This document shows, piece after piece, positions 24,784 through 32,584 of a stretch of DNA of 59,822 nt. Source of the stretch: Bdellovibrionota bacterium (lineage in GTDB: Bacteria > Bdellovibrionota_C > UBA2361 > OMII01); assembly GCA_044360225.1 (NCBI GenBank), contig JBIKKR010000002.1:1-59822 (forward strand), in the 5' to 3' direction. The first letter of the stretch is position 1. Each line of letters starts with the position of its first letter. The position numbers were made by a program, and so were the translations under genes. The notes under the pieces were generated by a model. The model made no database searches, was not told the DNA's origin, and saw only the letters and a program-made list of their open reading frames with translations.

Positions 24784-25992
24784 TCACTCGTGGCGTAACG
24801 CATCCAAAGTTGCGATTCGTGAGGCCCTCCATGCAGGACCAACCCCAAAGGCAACCCCTACCACAACTGCAAGCACAAACGCTGGCACCACTATCCACAG
24901 TGGTGCCCGCATGTCGAACGTCGGGAAGAAAAGCTTCAGGCCGTACGTGAGCAGCATAGAACCGCCAACTCCGATAATACCACTTAGAAACGAAAGCCCA
25001 ACAGCCTCCGCTAAAAACTGCTGGAGGATATCTCGCTTACGCGCCCCGACCGCACGTCGAATACCGATCTCCTGCGTTCGCTCCACCACCGAGACCCACG
25101 TTATATTCATGATGCCGATCCCGCCAACTACCATGGAGATCGCCGCTATCGCCGCCAGTACGTACGTCAGCATCGAGAGAATCGTATTCATACTCTCCAT
25201 CATCGATACCTGCGTCAGGACAGTAAAATCCTCCTCACCTTCGCGACGATCTTTAAGTATCTGAGTGATCTCAGCAACTGCATCATCGATACCGACCCGC
25301 GACGATGCTCGTGCGCGGATACCAAACAGCTTGTCCTCGTTAAAGAGCTTTAACGCCGCCTCGGTTGGGATAAATCCGATCTCATCGAAGCTTAACCCCA
25401 GCTTATCGCCCATCGGTGCAAGCACACCAACCACTCGATACTCGCTCTCGTTAAGCTTGATAGCCCGCCCAATCGGATCCTCATCCCCAAACAGCTGTGT
25501 GGCTATGTTGCTTCCGAGTACCACCACGCGCCTACGATACTCATCTTCCTCGCGAGTAAAGTAGCCACCCCTCCCCGGAGCGAGAGTTATGATCTGGGGA
25601 AACTGCTCATTAGTGCCGAAGACGGTGATATTGCTGATTGACTCTTCTCGTCGTGCTGAAACCGTTCCCATGACCACCCCAGAAACAGCCTGCACATTAA
25701 GCGCGCGTTTTTCGATTGCAGCCACATCAGCGGTAGTCATCTTACGTTGCGCCGCGCCTACTGGTGGACCAAAGTGGGTCTTCTTATCTGACTTTCCGGG
25801 CTGAATGATTATCAGATTTGAGCCAAGTCCTTCAAACTCTCGCAGCACATACTTCTTAGCACCCTCGCCCAGCGACACGAGGAGCACAACTGATGCCACC
25901 CCGATAACCATCCCAAGAATAGTGAGCGCCGTCCGCAACTTCTGCGATAACAATGACTCAACCGACATCCTGGCTATTTCACGATACTGCAT
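24784..25992 (-). CDS. ABC exporter permease, MacB/FtsX type
   Basis: The N-terminal pattern is A..SL...KLRTALTILGMVIGVASVV, followed by a large periplasmic domain and a C-terminal FtsX-like 4-TM region. I prefer the ATG at 25992. The ORF is open to 26028. Confidence 0.8.
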   Translation of the reverse strand: MQYREIARMSVESLLSQKLRTALTILGMVIGVASVVLLVSLGEGAKKYVLREFEGLGSNLIIIQPGKSDKKTHFGPPVGAAQRKMTTADVAAIEKRALNVQAVSGVVMGTVSARREESISNITVFGTNEQFPQIITLAPGRGGYFTREEDEYRRRVVVLGSNIATQLFGDEDPIGRAIKLNESEYRVVGVLAPMGDKLGLSFDEIGFIPTEAALKLFNEDKLFGIRARASSRVGIDDAVAEITQILKDRREGEEDFTVLTQVSMMESMNTILSMLTYVLAAIAAISMVVGGIGIMNITWVSVVERTQEIGIRRAVGARKRDILQQFLAEAVGLSFLSGIIGVGGSMLLTYGLKLFFPTFDMRAPLWIVVPAFVLAVVVGVAFGVGPAWRASRIATLDALRHE

Positions 25993-26061
25993 ACGCGCTC
26001 CGGTATTAGTAACCCCAGCCTCATTCATTTTTGAAAAAATGGGTAGCTATTCAGTATAATC

Positions 26062-26175
26062 CTTTTCTTTCACGTAAGCCCCTATTAAGGGGCGGATTTT
26101 CGGAAGCTTATCCGGGGTGGAAAAAACTAACTATAAAATAGCGCATCCCCGATTAGGGGATGACAAGAAAGAAAG
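26062..26175. repeat. Imperfect 114-bp palindrome with two CCCC/GGGG mini-hairpins
   Basis: The left arm CTTTTCTTTCACGTAAGCCCCTATTAAGGGG is an approximate inverse of the right arm CCCCGATTAGGGGATGACAAGAAAGAAAG. Each arm contains its own 5-6 bp GC hairpin. Confidence 0.55.
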
Positions 26176-26244
26176 TCCAGCAAAAAATGCCTGTTTTAAT
26201 AGCTTACTTCCGCTAACTTGTTTTTTCTGGTGAATAGTTGCCTT

Positions 26245-26386
26245 TTTTCAACACCTAGATAGCCCCTTTCTGCGGCCCGAGTGTTTTTTGTCGTGTATTA
26301 CGGCGTAACTTGGCAATCCGCCAAGATTGCGCTCGCCCTGCTCTTGCGAGTGATTTTTTTCAAAAATCACTCGCGCAGGATTTATA
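26245..26386 (-). repeat. Family-3 repeat, full copy (inverted relative to 41304-41440)
   Basis: Its reverse complement aligns with 41304-41440 at roughly 80 percent identity by eye. It contains a 13-bp perfect hairpin, GCGAGTGATTTTT-TTC-AAAAATCACTCGC. Confidence 0.8.
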
Positions 26387-26538
26387 CACAAAATAGCCGA
26401 AGAAGCAGTATGGTTGCTTCGCTACAGCTCTGGATTGCCCCGACGAACGCGTGCGGTATCATGCAGGGACATCATTGAACCTAGAAAGAGCAGTTGCGTC
26501 ATCTGATTGAGCCTTTGTTGCGAACAAACCGGCGTTTC

Positions 26539-27228
26539 CTACGAAGAGATCAACCTCCCATCCCCTAACACGATCCTGCGCTTAGCACGCTGGGCGATCG
26601 CGTTGTCATGCGTCACCATCACCACGGTAACACCTTCGCCGTGGAGCCGTTCAACAAGCGCCACAATCTCTCCGCCAACCTTTGAATCGAGGTTTCCCGT
26701 CGGCTCATCAGCAAAGAGAACCCGGGGATTATTGACGATCGCCCGGGCGATCGCTACTCGTTGGCGTTGGCCTCCCGAGAGCTGATTTGGGAGATGATCC
26801 ATCCGATCACGCAATCCGACGACTGTAAGTGCTCGCTCTGCTCTCTCGCGTTGCTCACGATCGGGAATCGCTTTTTCATAGCTTGATGCGTACGCCAGCG
26901 GCATCATCACATTTCGCAGCGCTGAGACGCGAGGCAGAAGGTGAAAGCTCTGAAACACAAATCCCATAGTATGATTGCGCAGCTTGGCACACTCTTCATC
27001 AGAGAGGGTCTCCGTTGGCCCGCCGTTAATACGGTACCGACCAGCTGTCGGACGATCGAGAAGACCTAAGATATACAATAGCGTCGATTTACCACTACCC
27101 GAGGCTCCGGTAATCGCAACCCACTCACCACGATCAATCGTCAGCGACAGCTCGGAGAGGGCCTCTATCCGCTCATCCCCGCGATAAAACACCTTCGACA
27201 CCGATTCTAGCGAGAGTAGTGCCGTCAC
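26539..27228 (-). CDS. ABC transporter ATP-binding protein (MacB/LolD/DevA type)
   Basis: The GTG start is preceded by TAGGAGGAAC. Walker A is GASGSGKST, the signature is LSGGQRQR, and Walker B is LFADEPTGNLD. Confidence 0.9.
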   Translation of the reverse strand: MTALLSLESVSKVFYRGDERIEALSELSLTIDRGEWVAITGASGSGKSTLLYILGLLDRPTAGRYRINGGPTETLSDEECAKLRNHTMGFVFQSFHLLPRVSALRNVMMPLAYASSYEKAIPDREQRERAERALTVVGLRDRMDHLPNQLSGGQRQRVAIARAIVNNPRVLFADEPTGNLDSKVGGEIVALVERLHGEGVTVVMVTHDNAIAQRAKRRIVLGDGRLISS

Positions 27229-27235
27229 GTTCCTC

Positions 27236-28255
27236 CTAGCGCCTGACCGTAACAGCTAAACCATCGGCAAGCTCAATCTTCTCAGAGGGAACAACAACCC
27301 GCTCTCCTACCTGCAGTCCAGAAACAATTTCAGTGAGATTGTACCCAGCAAGTCCAACGACCACGGGTGTCTTTGATACTTTCGTGCCATCCAGCGTGAA
27401 AACATACCGTCCTGCGCCACGCCCAAGTATCGTGCGCGATGGCACCACTGCGACATCATTCTTGATAGCGGTGACGATCTCCACATCCGCTGAAGCCCCT
27501 GCCGGCAAGAGGATCCCCTCACTCTCAACGTTAAGCTCTACCTCGCTCGTACGATCCTGCTCACGGACACTACTGACAAACGGAATCACCTTGCGCACCA
27601 CCGCATTAAAGGGCTCTCGACGCACGGCGAGCACCTTTACTCGCGCTTCCATCCCCAGCCTCACCTTTGGAAGGTCTACCTCATCGATCTCAACCGTAAC
27701 ATAGCGCGGTTGAGTATCAATGAGTCGTATCGGCGCTAATGGTATGACCGCCGTAATCTGCGAAAGCTGGCCTACTTCAAGATTCTTCTCAGCAACGATC
27801 CCCTCAAACGGCGCGCGGATAAGACTCTTCTCGTAGGCAGTGACAGCTGCATCGTAGTTACCCTGCGCCTGAATGACGTTACTACGCGATGCAGCCTGGC
27901 TCTGCTGCAAGGTCTTTGCTCGCACAAGCTCCTCTTGCGCAACATCAAGCCTCGACTTAAGGTCACCATTTTCGATCTGCGCTAAAATCATTCCCTTTAA
28001 GACCCGATCTCCGAGGTGCACATTAACCTCTCGAACGCGCCCTACGGCACCAAAGGCAAGCTCCGCTAGCTGCTCTGCCTTGACTGTTCCGGAGTTAACT
28101 CCAGACACACTCTCTTCAACCGCGCCCCGTGAAACCTCGACAACTCCGACCTCCGGCTTCTCTTTGCAACCAGATACACAGCAGCACAGACACAAAAGCG
28201 CCAACGCGCTCAAAGCTGAACGCGCGGCGCTTGGTAGACCCTGACTGCTCAACAT
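27236..28255 (-). CDS. Periplasmic adaptor (HlyD/MacA membrane-fusion family) lipoprotein
   Basis: I prefer ATG 28255. The signal peptide has the lipobox LCCCVSGC. The barrel-sandwich and coiled-coil pattern is typical of membrane-fusion proteins. The ORF is open to TTG 28273. Confidence 0.8.
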   Translation of the reverse strand: MLSSQGLPSAARSALSALALLCLCCCVSGCKEKPEVGVVEVSRGAVEESVSGVNSGTVKAEQLAELAFGAVGRVREVNVHLGDRVLKGMILAQIENGDLKSRLDVAQEELVRAKTLQQSQAASRSNVIQAQGNYDAAVTAYEKSLIRAPFEGIVAEKNLEVGQLSQITAVIPLAPIRLIDTQPRYVTVEIDEVDLPKVRLGMEARVKVLAVRREPFNAVVRKVIPFVSSVREQDRTSEVELNVESEGILLPAGASADVEIVTAIKNDVAVVPSRTILGRGAGRYVFTLDGTKVSKTPVVVGLAGYNLTEIVSGLQVGERVVVPSEKIELADGLAVTVRR

Positions 28256-28263
28256 GTATCGCA

Positions 28264-28779
28264 CTATAGGCAACGCTTGACCGCTGCAAGTGCTGCTGCA
28301 TAGTCAGGCTCGTTAGCGACCTCGGTTACGTAATCGACGTGCACTACCTTACCGCCCTTATCCGCCACGAACACCGCTCGTGCTAGAAGACCCAGATCAA
28401 CGAGGTCAATGCCGAAGGCCTTACCGAAGGTGCGATACTTGTAATCGCTAAACGCTGCAACACGGTCTACACCTTCAGCCGCGCACCATCGCTTGAGTGC
28501 AAACGGGAGATCGCGACTCACTGCCGCAACCACAACATCCCCTGAGAGGCTCGCTGCTTCTTGATTAAAGCGCTTCGTCTCAATAGCGCACACCGGAGTG
28601 TCGATGCTTGGAATGGCGACCAACACAAGAACCTTACCAGCAAAGGTGGCATTCGTTGCGTCTGACATATCTGCCGCCGTCAACGTAAATGCTGGAAGTG
28701 GCATCCCATCCTCAAGGCAGCGCCCCTCGACTTTTAGTGGTGCGCCCTTCATAGTAATTGATTCATTGCTCTTTGCCAT
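28264..28779 (-). CDS. tpx: Thiol peroxidase (atypical 2-Cys peroxiredoxin Tpx)
   Basis: 171 aa. The peroxidatic Cys lies in PSIDTPVC and the resolving Cys in LKRWCAAEG. Confidence 0.85.
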   Translation of the reverse strand: MAKSNESITMKGAPLKVEGRCLEDGMPLPAFTLTAADMSDATNATFAGKVLVLVAIPSIDTPVCAIETKRFNQEAASLSGDVVVAAVSRDLPFALKRWCAAEGVDRVAAFSDYKYRTFGKAFGIDLVDLGLLARAVFVADKGGKVVHVDYVTEVANEPDYAAALAAVKRCL

Positions 28780-29007
28780 ATCTTTCGTCTCCTCGTGATT
28801 ACCTTTAACTACCTCTTGATTGCTTTCTCTCTTTTACGGTAAAGCTTTCAAGCCTCCATAAGCTCTATCAGGCCACATAACCCTTTAGTATCACAACAAA
28901 TTACCTGATTTTTCTCAAGATGTTGACGCTCCTTGCGGAGATTACGCATCAAAACCTCACACTGTAGCACATAATGTCCGAGGCTTCACCAGGAATAGGC
29001 TTACAAC

Positions 29008-29135
29008 AGGGCGTCGCACGTCTCGTCCATTTTAAGAGGCCACAAATGCGCGGGAATGGCTGTTTTCATTGAGTTTTGCAACGCTGGCCCGCGCATTTGT
29101 GGCCCTTTACAATCGACGACAATTGCGACGCAGCG
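29008..29135. mobile_element. Family-1 element, symmetric short variant C (128 bp)
   Basis: Left arm AGGGCGTCGCACGTCTCGTCCATTTTAAGAGGCCACAAATGCGCGGG. The right arm CCCGCGCATTTGTGGCCCTTTACAATCGACGACAATTGCGACGC is its near-perfect inverse. I see no flanking duplication. Confidence 0.75.
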
Positions 29136-29259
29136 GTGTTTTTTGTTCACGGCAAAGTAGCCTCGTACCTTCGGGCTCCCTGACCCCGGCACATCCTGAG
29201 CCTACCTAACCTGCCCCTAGCATCCATCCAACCAGATCCCAACCTCCTAGTTTACTGAT

Positions 29260-29862
29260 ATGCCTCCAGAATTGATCGATCTTCTTATACATCTGCGACG
29301 TGCTACAATGTTAAAGATGCGAGAAAAAGTTACAACAGAGCGGTTGAGAATATTCATGCGTGAGATGGCCAGACGCACCCAAGGGGCGGGACGTGTGTAT
29401 TTCACAGGGGGCTCAACTGCTCTTCTGTTAGGCCTCCGTGAGCAAACAATCGATGTCGATATAAAGGTAGATCCTGAGCCGCGGGGTATCTTCGAGGCGA
29501 TTGCCAATCTTAAGAATGAACTAAACCTTAACGTTGAGCTCGCGTCTCCCGATGATTTCATTCCCGCTCCCCCTGGATGGCAAGACCTGGCGAAGCCAAT
29601 CGAAAAAATCGGCGATATTTCATTTTTTCATTACGATTTGTGCATGCAAGCCTTAGCAAAAATAGAGCGCGGATTCAGCCAGGATTTAGCTGATGCTCGT
29701 GGGCTTGTTGAGAGGGATTTTATAAGCATAGAAAATCTTCAAAAAAGATTTGCCCAGATTGAGGCGCAATTTATTCGATATCCGGTTATCAATCCCGATG
29801 AATTCAAAGCAAAGCTTGAAGCTTTCATTTCCTCTCTGAGCGAGGAGCCCCATGACGAATAA
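29260..29862 (+). CDS. Nucleotidyltransferase-fold protein (pol-beta superfamily) with helical C-terminal domain
   Basis: 200 aa. The NTase signature is VYFTGGSTALLLGL..QTIDVDIKV (G[GS]-x(10-13)-D-x-D). The region is AT-rich. Confidence 0.6.
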   Translation: MPPELIDLLIHLRRATMLKMREKVTTERLRIFMREMARRTQGAGRVYFTGGSTALLLGLREQTIDVDIKVDPEPRGIFEAIANLKNELNLNVELASPDDFIPAPPGWQDLAKPIEKIGDISFFHYDLCMQALAKIERGFSQDLADARGLVERDFISIENLQKRFAQIEAQFIRYPVINPDEFKAKLEAFISSLSEEPHDE

Positions 29863-30196
29863 CGAAGCGCTCGATCCTGAAATTCCTGGCAGCGATATTG
29901 TAGCTAAAGGATTAGAGGATATAAGAAACCAGAGAATTACCGCGTACGCCCTCTTACTGCAAGTCGCGGCGCCTCGTCTGAAGCGTCTAGGTATAGATAT
30001 TCCGATCCTCCAGGGCATCAAGAATCCAGAGGATGTCCCCTACGAGCATCAGCTCTACGAGCTACTAGAAAGTACTGGTGGACATGGACTATACAATGCC
30101 CTTAGCAGGCGAATCGCCAGCTTCGCATCTACGATAGAGGCTCGTAAGCCTCGCACTGAAACGAGTCTTAACCGTTCTGAGAGTAGGCATCGATGA
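29852..30196 (+). CDS. Hypothetical 114-aa protein, translationally coupled partner of the NTase-fold gene
   Basis: The ATG is preceded by GAGGAG at about 5 nt. It overlaps the upstream ORF by 11 nt. I do not recognise a family. Confidence 0.5.
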   Translation: MTNNEALDPEIPGSDIVAKGLEDIRNQRITAYALLLQVAAPRLKRLGIDIPILQGIKNPEDVPYEHQLYELLESTGGHGLYNALSRRIASFASTIEARKPRTETSLNRSESRHR

Positions 30197-30227
30197 CCGA
30201 CCACTAAGGGCTGCACGTAGGACGTTT

Positions 30228-30412
30228 ATTATCCTAAAAAGAGTATTTAAGGCGGATTGAAATGGCACAGGTGCTCAAAAGAACAAAGTATTTTGAACTT
30301 GTCGGGGGCGCAACCCTGGCACCGTCAGGGTGAGCACCGACAATTCAAAAGACGAAGTGATTTTGGGCAGATACGCCATTTCCAGACCCGCAACTGCTCT
30401 TTTTAGGATTAT
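30228..30412. repeat. Family-2 element, complete 185-bp palindromic copy
   Basis: Terminal inverted repeats ATTATCCTAAAAAGAG (30228-43) and CTCTTTTTAGGATTAT (30397-412). Inner inverted pairs include TTTTGAACTTGTCGG / CCGACAATTCAAAA. The central hairpin is CCCTG-GCACCGT-CAGGG. Confidence 0.8.
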
Positions 30413-31245
30413 GTACGGCACAACTACTACAAAAATTCATGGGCTTTCACCAGGCGGACTAGTTCTGACTAGGAATTTCATAACGAGAGAGGTTCTGCAG
30501 CTCCTGACCGATGGTCAGATATCGGCTCTCAGAGTCCCTGGTTTTTATCCCAAGGATCTATGCGATCGTTTGGCTGATTGGATTATACAAGCCCCAAGTA
30601 GGGCTAACTACGGACACGACACCGCTACCAACAGTCGCCACGTGGAGTATCATGATTACGGTGTTGATCGAGTTGGTATTCCTAGAAATTCGCTGATAGG
30701 AAAGGATTCGGATAGTGCGGAGTGGGACGAGTATTTTAAGCAGGGCCAAATGGTGACGCAGCTAATTGAGGAACTCACCGGCAACTATTCATCCGATTAA
30801 AAAGCTCCTAGCGTTATGTCAACAAATATGGCCCGCCGGAGCGGCTCCGGATACATACTCTGGAAGAGATCTAACGGTTGGCATCGGTCGGTTGACACGA
30901 TCAGGTCATGGCTATGCCCTTGAAACGTTGCCCCACGTCGATGGCCCGTGGCCGTGCGATCAACACTTCGGGATCAACGTATTTTGCTCGACTCCAGCAA
31001 TCGGCGGCGAGTTAGAGGTGTTTGGTGGTCCAACACTTTTGCATAATGAAATTCACCAAGTCTCTCCGAAATATGATTTCCGGCAAGATGGCCGCTCGTC
31101 AGAATTAATAAAGCCTGCGCCAGGGGATCTGATTATTGTTAATACAAGACGACCACACGCGGTTAAAGGCTTTTCTCAGGGAACACGCACATCGGTATCG
31201 GCCTTCATGATGCTTACAGCTAACGGTTTGCGATTTTACTCGTAG
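30411..31245 (+). pseudogene. 2OG-Fe(II) oxygenase-like gene interrupted by a frameshift near 30780-30800
   Basis: Two overlapping ORFs (30330..30800 and 30766..31245, the second in the +1 frame) read through as one protein. The facial triad is in the second part (LPHVDG ... RRPHAV ... RTSVSAF). The first 27 codons of ORF1 are repeat DNA, so I take ATG 30411 as the start. Confidence 0.55.
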
Positions 31246-31269
31246 AGCGCGTAACGCAAATATGATGAA

Positions 31270-31339
31270 GTGCAAAAGCCGAAGTGATTATGGGCAGAGG
31301 CGCCGTTTTCAGCCCCGCATCTGCTGAATCTAGGATTAT
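31270..31339 (+). repeat. Family-2 repeat, solo right arm (copy 3)
   Basis: GTGCAAAAGCCGAAGTGATTATGGGCAGAGGCGCCGTTTTCAGCCCCGCATCTGCTGAATCTAGGATTAT aligns with copies at 13922 and 30330. Confidence 0.75.
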
Positions 31340-31503
31340 AGGTTCAATTCCTGTCTGCCTAACTAGTCCATGTCTGGAAACCCCGATTTTCGGAGATTCT
31401 TCCACTGTAAGAGCATATTTCTAATGAAAAACGAACCTCTTCGTGAGGCAAAACCTCAATGTTATCTCAGGTTTCTGGTATAACGGACAGAAACTAACTA
31501 TCT

Positions 31504-32364
31504 CTATCCCGCCATCTGACACGAGGCGATATCGCCCGATCTAAATCCTAGCAAAAACGCCTTCTGGCGCTGCTCTGATGTTCCATGAGTAAAGCTCTCG
31601 GGTGATACCGTCTGGCCTGATGTACGCTGAATGTGGTCATCGCCTACAGCAGCAGCAGTTGCTAACCCCTCTTCGATATCTCCCTGCTCAAGAAAGTCTC
31701 GCTGCCGATTAGCGTAGTGCGCCCATAAACCGGCATAGCAATCAGCCTGCAGCTCAATCGCTATGGACTCACGTTGATCGCTCCGCCGCCGCATCCGTTC
31801 AGGATGAAGGAGAGTCTGCACGTGGTGCCCTACTTCGTGCGCCACTACATACGCTAACGAAAAATCGCCCTTGCCGCCCAGCTTTAGAAGATCATCCATA
31901 AAGCTTAAATCGAGGTACACACGCCGATCCGCTGGGCAGTAAAATGGCCCTGATGCCCGCTGACCCATACCACACGCCGTATCGGTGCTGCCACGAAAGA
32001 GCACAAGTGGAGTCGGTGTATACGAGCGCCCTAGCCCCTGAAAGATCTGCCCCCAACGGTCCTCAAGATCAGCAAGGGCAACAGATACCAATCCCTTAGT
32101 CTCATCTGAATCAAATGCAGACTGGGGGCCCCGCGGATCCATCGGCACTGCCACCTGCTGCTGTAACTCGTTCTGCAACAGCGAGAGCACCGCGCGTGGG
32201 TCTCCGCCTAGGAGATATACAACGACCCCAAGCGCGACGACACCTCCGAGACCGAGCTTTGGCCCCGCACGCCGACCTCCGGGCATTCGAAGTCCGCCTG
32301 ATGAACTACCGCTTGCGCGTTGATCGATAACATTATCACTTTGACGTCTGCCAGACCATTTCAT
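31504..32364 (-). CDS. ypfJ: YpfJ-family putative neutral zinc metallopeptidase
   Basis: 286 aa. The N-terminus (KWSGRRQSDNVIDQR plus a Gly-rich stretch and a TM segment) and the zincin motif VVAHEVGHHVQ are typical of this family. Confidence 0.75.
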   Translation of the reverse strand: MKWSGRRQSDNVIDQRASGSSSGGLRMPGGRRAGPKLGLGGVVALGVVVYLLGGDPRAVLSLLQNELQQQVAVPMDPRGPQSAFDSDETKGLVSVALADLEDRWGQIFQGLGRSYTPTPLVLFRGSTDTACGMGQRASGPFYCPADRRVYLDLSFMDDLLKLGGKGDFSLAYVVAHEVGHHVQTLLHPERMRRRSDQRESIAIELQADCYAGLWAHYANRQRDFLEQGDIEEGLATAAAVGDDHIQRTSGQTVSPESFTHGTSEQRQKAFLLGFRSGDIASCQMAG

Positions 32365-32377
32365 AGTTAAGCTCTAT

Positions 32378-32403
32378 CCTGCAACTGCTGAATCTAGGAT
32401 TAT
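32378..32403 (+). repeat. Family-2 repeat, terminal 26-bp fragment (copy 4)
   Basis: CCTGCAACTGCTGAATCTAGGATTAT is a direct repeat of 31314-31339. It lies between the ypfJ start and the 3' end of tRNA-Arg. Confidence 0.7.
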
Positions 32404-32441
32404 GGCAGACTAGAAAGTCCGCGTTCCGTCAGATGACAATC

Positions 32442-32518
32442 TGGCGTGCCCGATACGGTTCGAACGTACGACCTCCAGCTTCGGAGGCTGGCGCTCTATC
32501 CAACTGAGCTACGGGCAC
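32442..32518 (-). tRNA. tRNA-Arg (anticodon CCG), CCA encoded
   Basis: I folded it by hand. Acceptor stem is GTGCCCG/CGGGCAC and D stem is GCTC/GAGC with a GG loop. Anticodon stem is CCAGC/GCTGG with loop CTCCGAA. T arm is GTACG-TTCGAAC-CGTAT. The discriminator is G, followed by CCA. Confidence 0.95.
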
Positions 32519-32584
32519 GTAGGCTGTAGTTTACCCCCGTTTACACAACGGATCAAATGCCACGTTTTTCAACGTGTTTCGACC

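Noticed and set aside
22976-29192. Small ORFs inside family-1 repeat copies (22976..23221, 24626..24898, 29001..29192, 57882..58133) that share peptide similarity such as QMRGP.LQNS
   Set aside because: The similarity is a by-product of repeated DNA. Copy A has an in-frame stop (CAA ATG CGC GGG CCA GCG CTG TAA). The frames differ between copies. The sequence is a hairpin-forming inverted repeat.
30150-30196. HEPN Rx4-6H motif (RSESRH) in the 114-aa partner of the NTase-fold protein
   Set aside because: The motif sits in the last 8 residues of a low-complexity basic tail, not in a helix as in HEPN domains. It is not sufficient for a family call.
31291-31362. A complete tRNA gene on the plus strand
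   Set aside because: The acceptor and T-arm can be drawn. However, there is no anticodon stem, the D-stem has a C-C mismatch, and the D-loop lacks GG.
28780-32441. Integrase-bearing genomic island or prophage at tRNA-Arg
   Set aside because: No integrase, recombinase, transposase or phage structural gene is present. Only repeats and three small cassettes lie there, so I describe it as a repeat-bounded islet.
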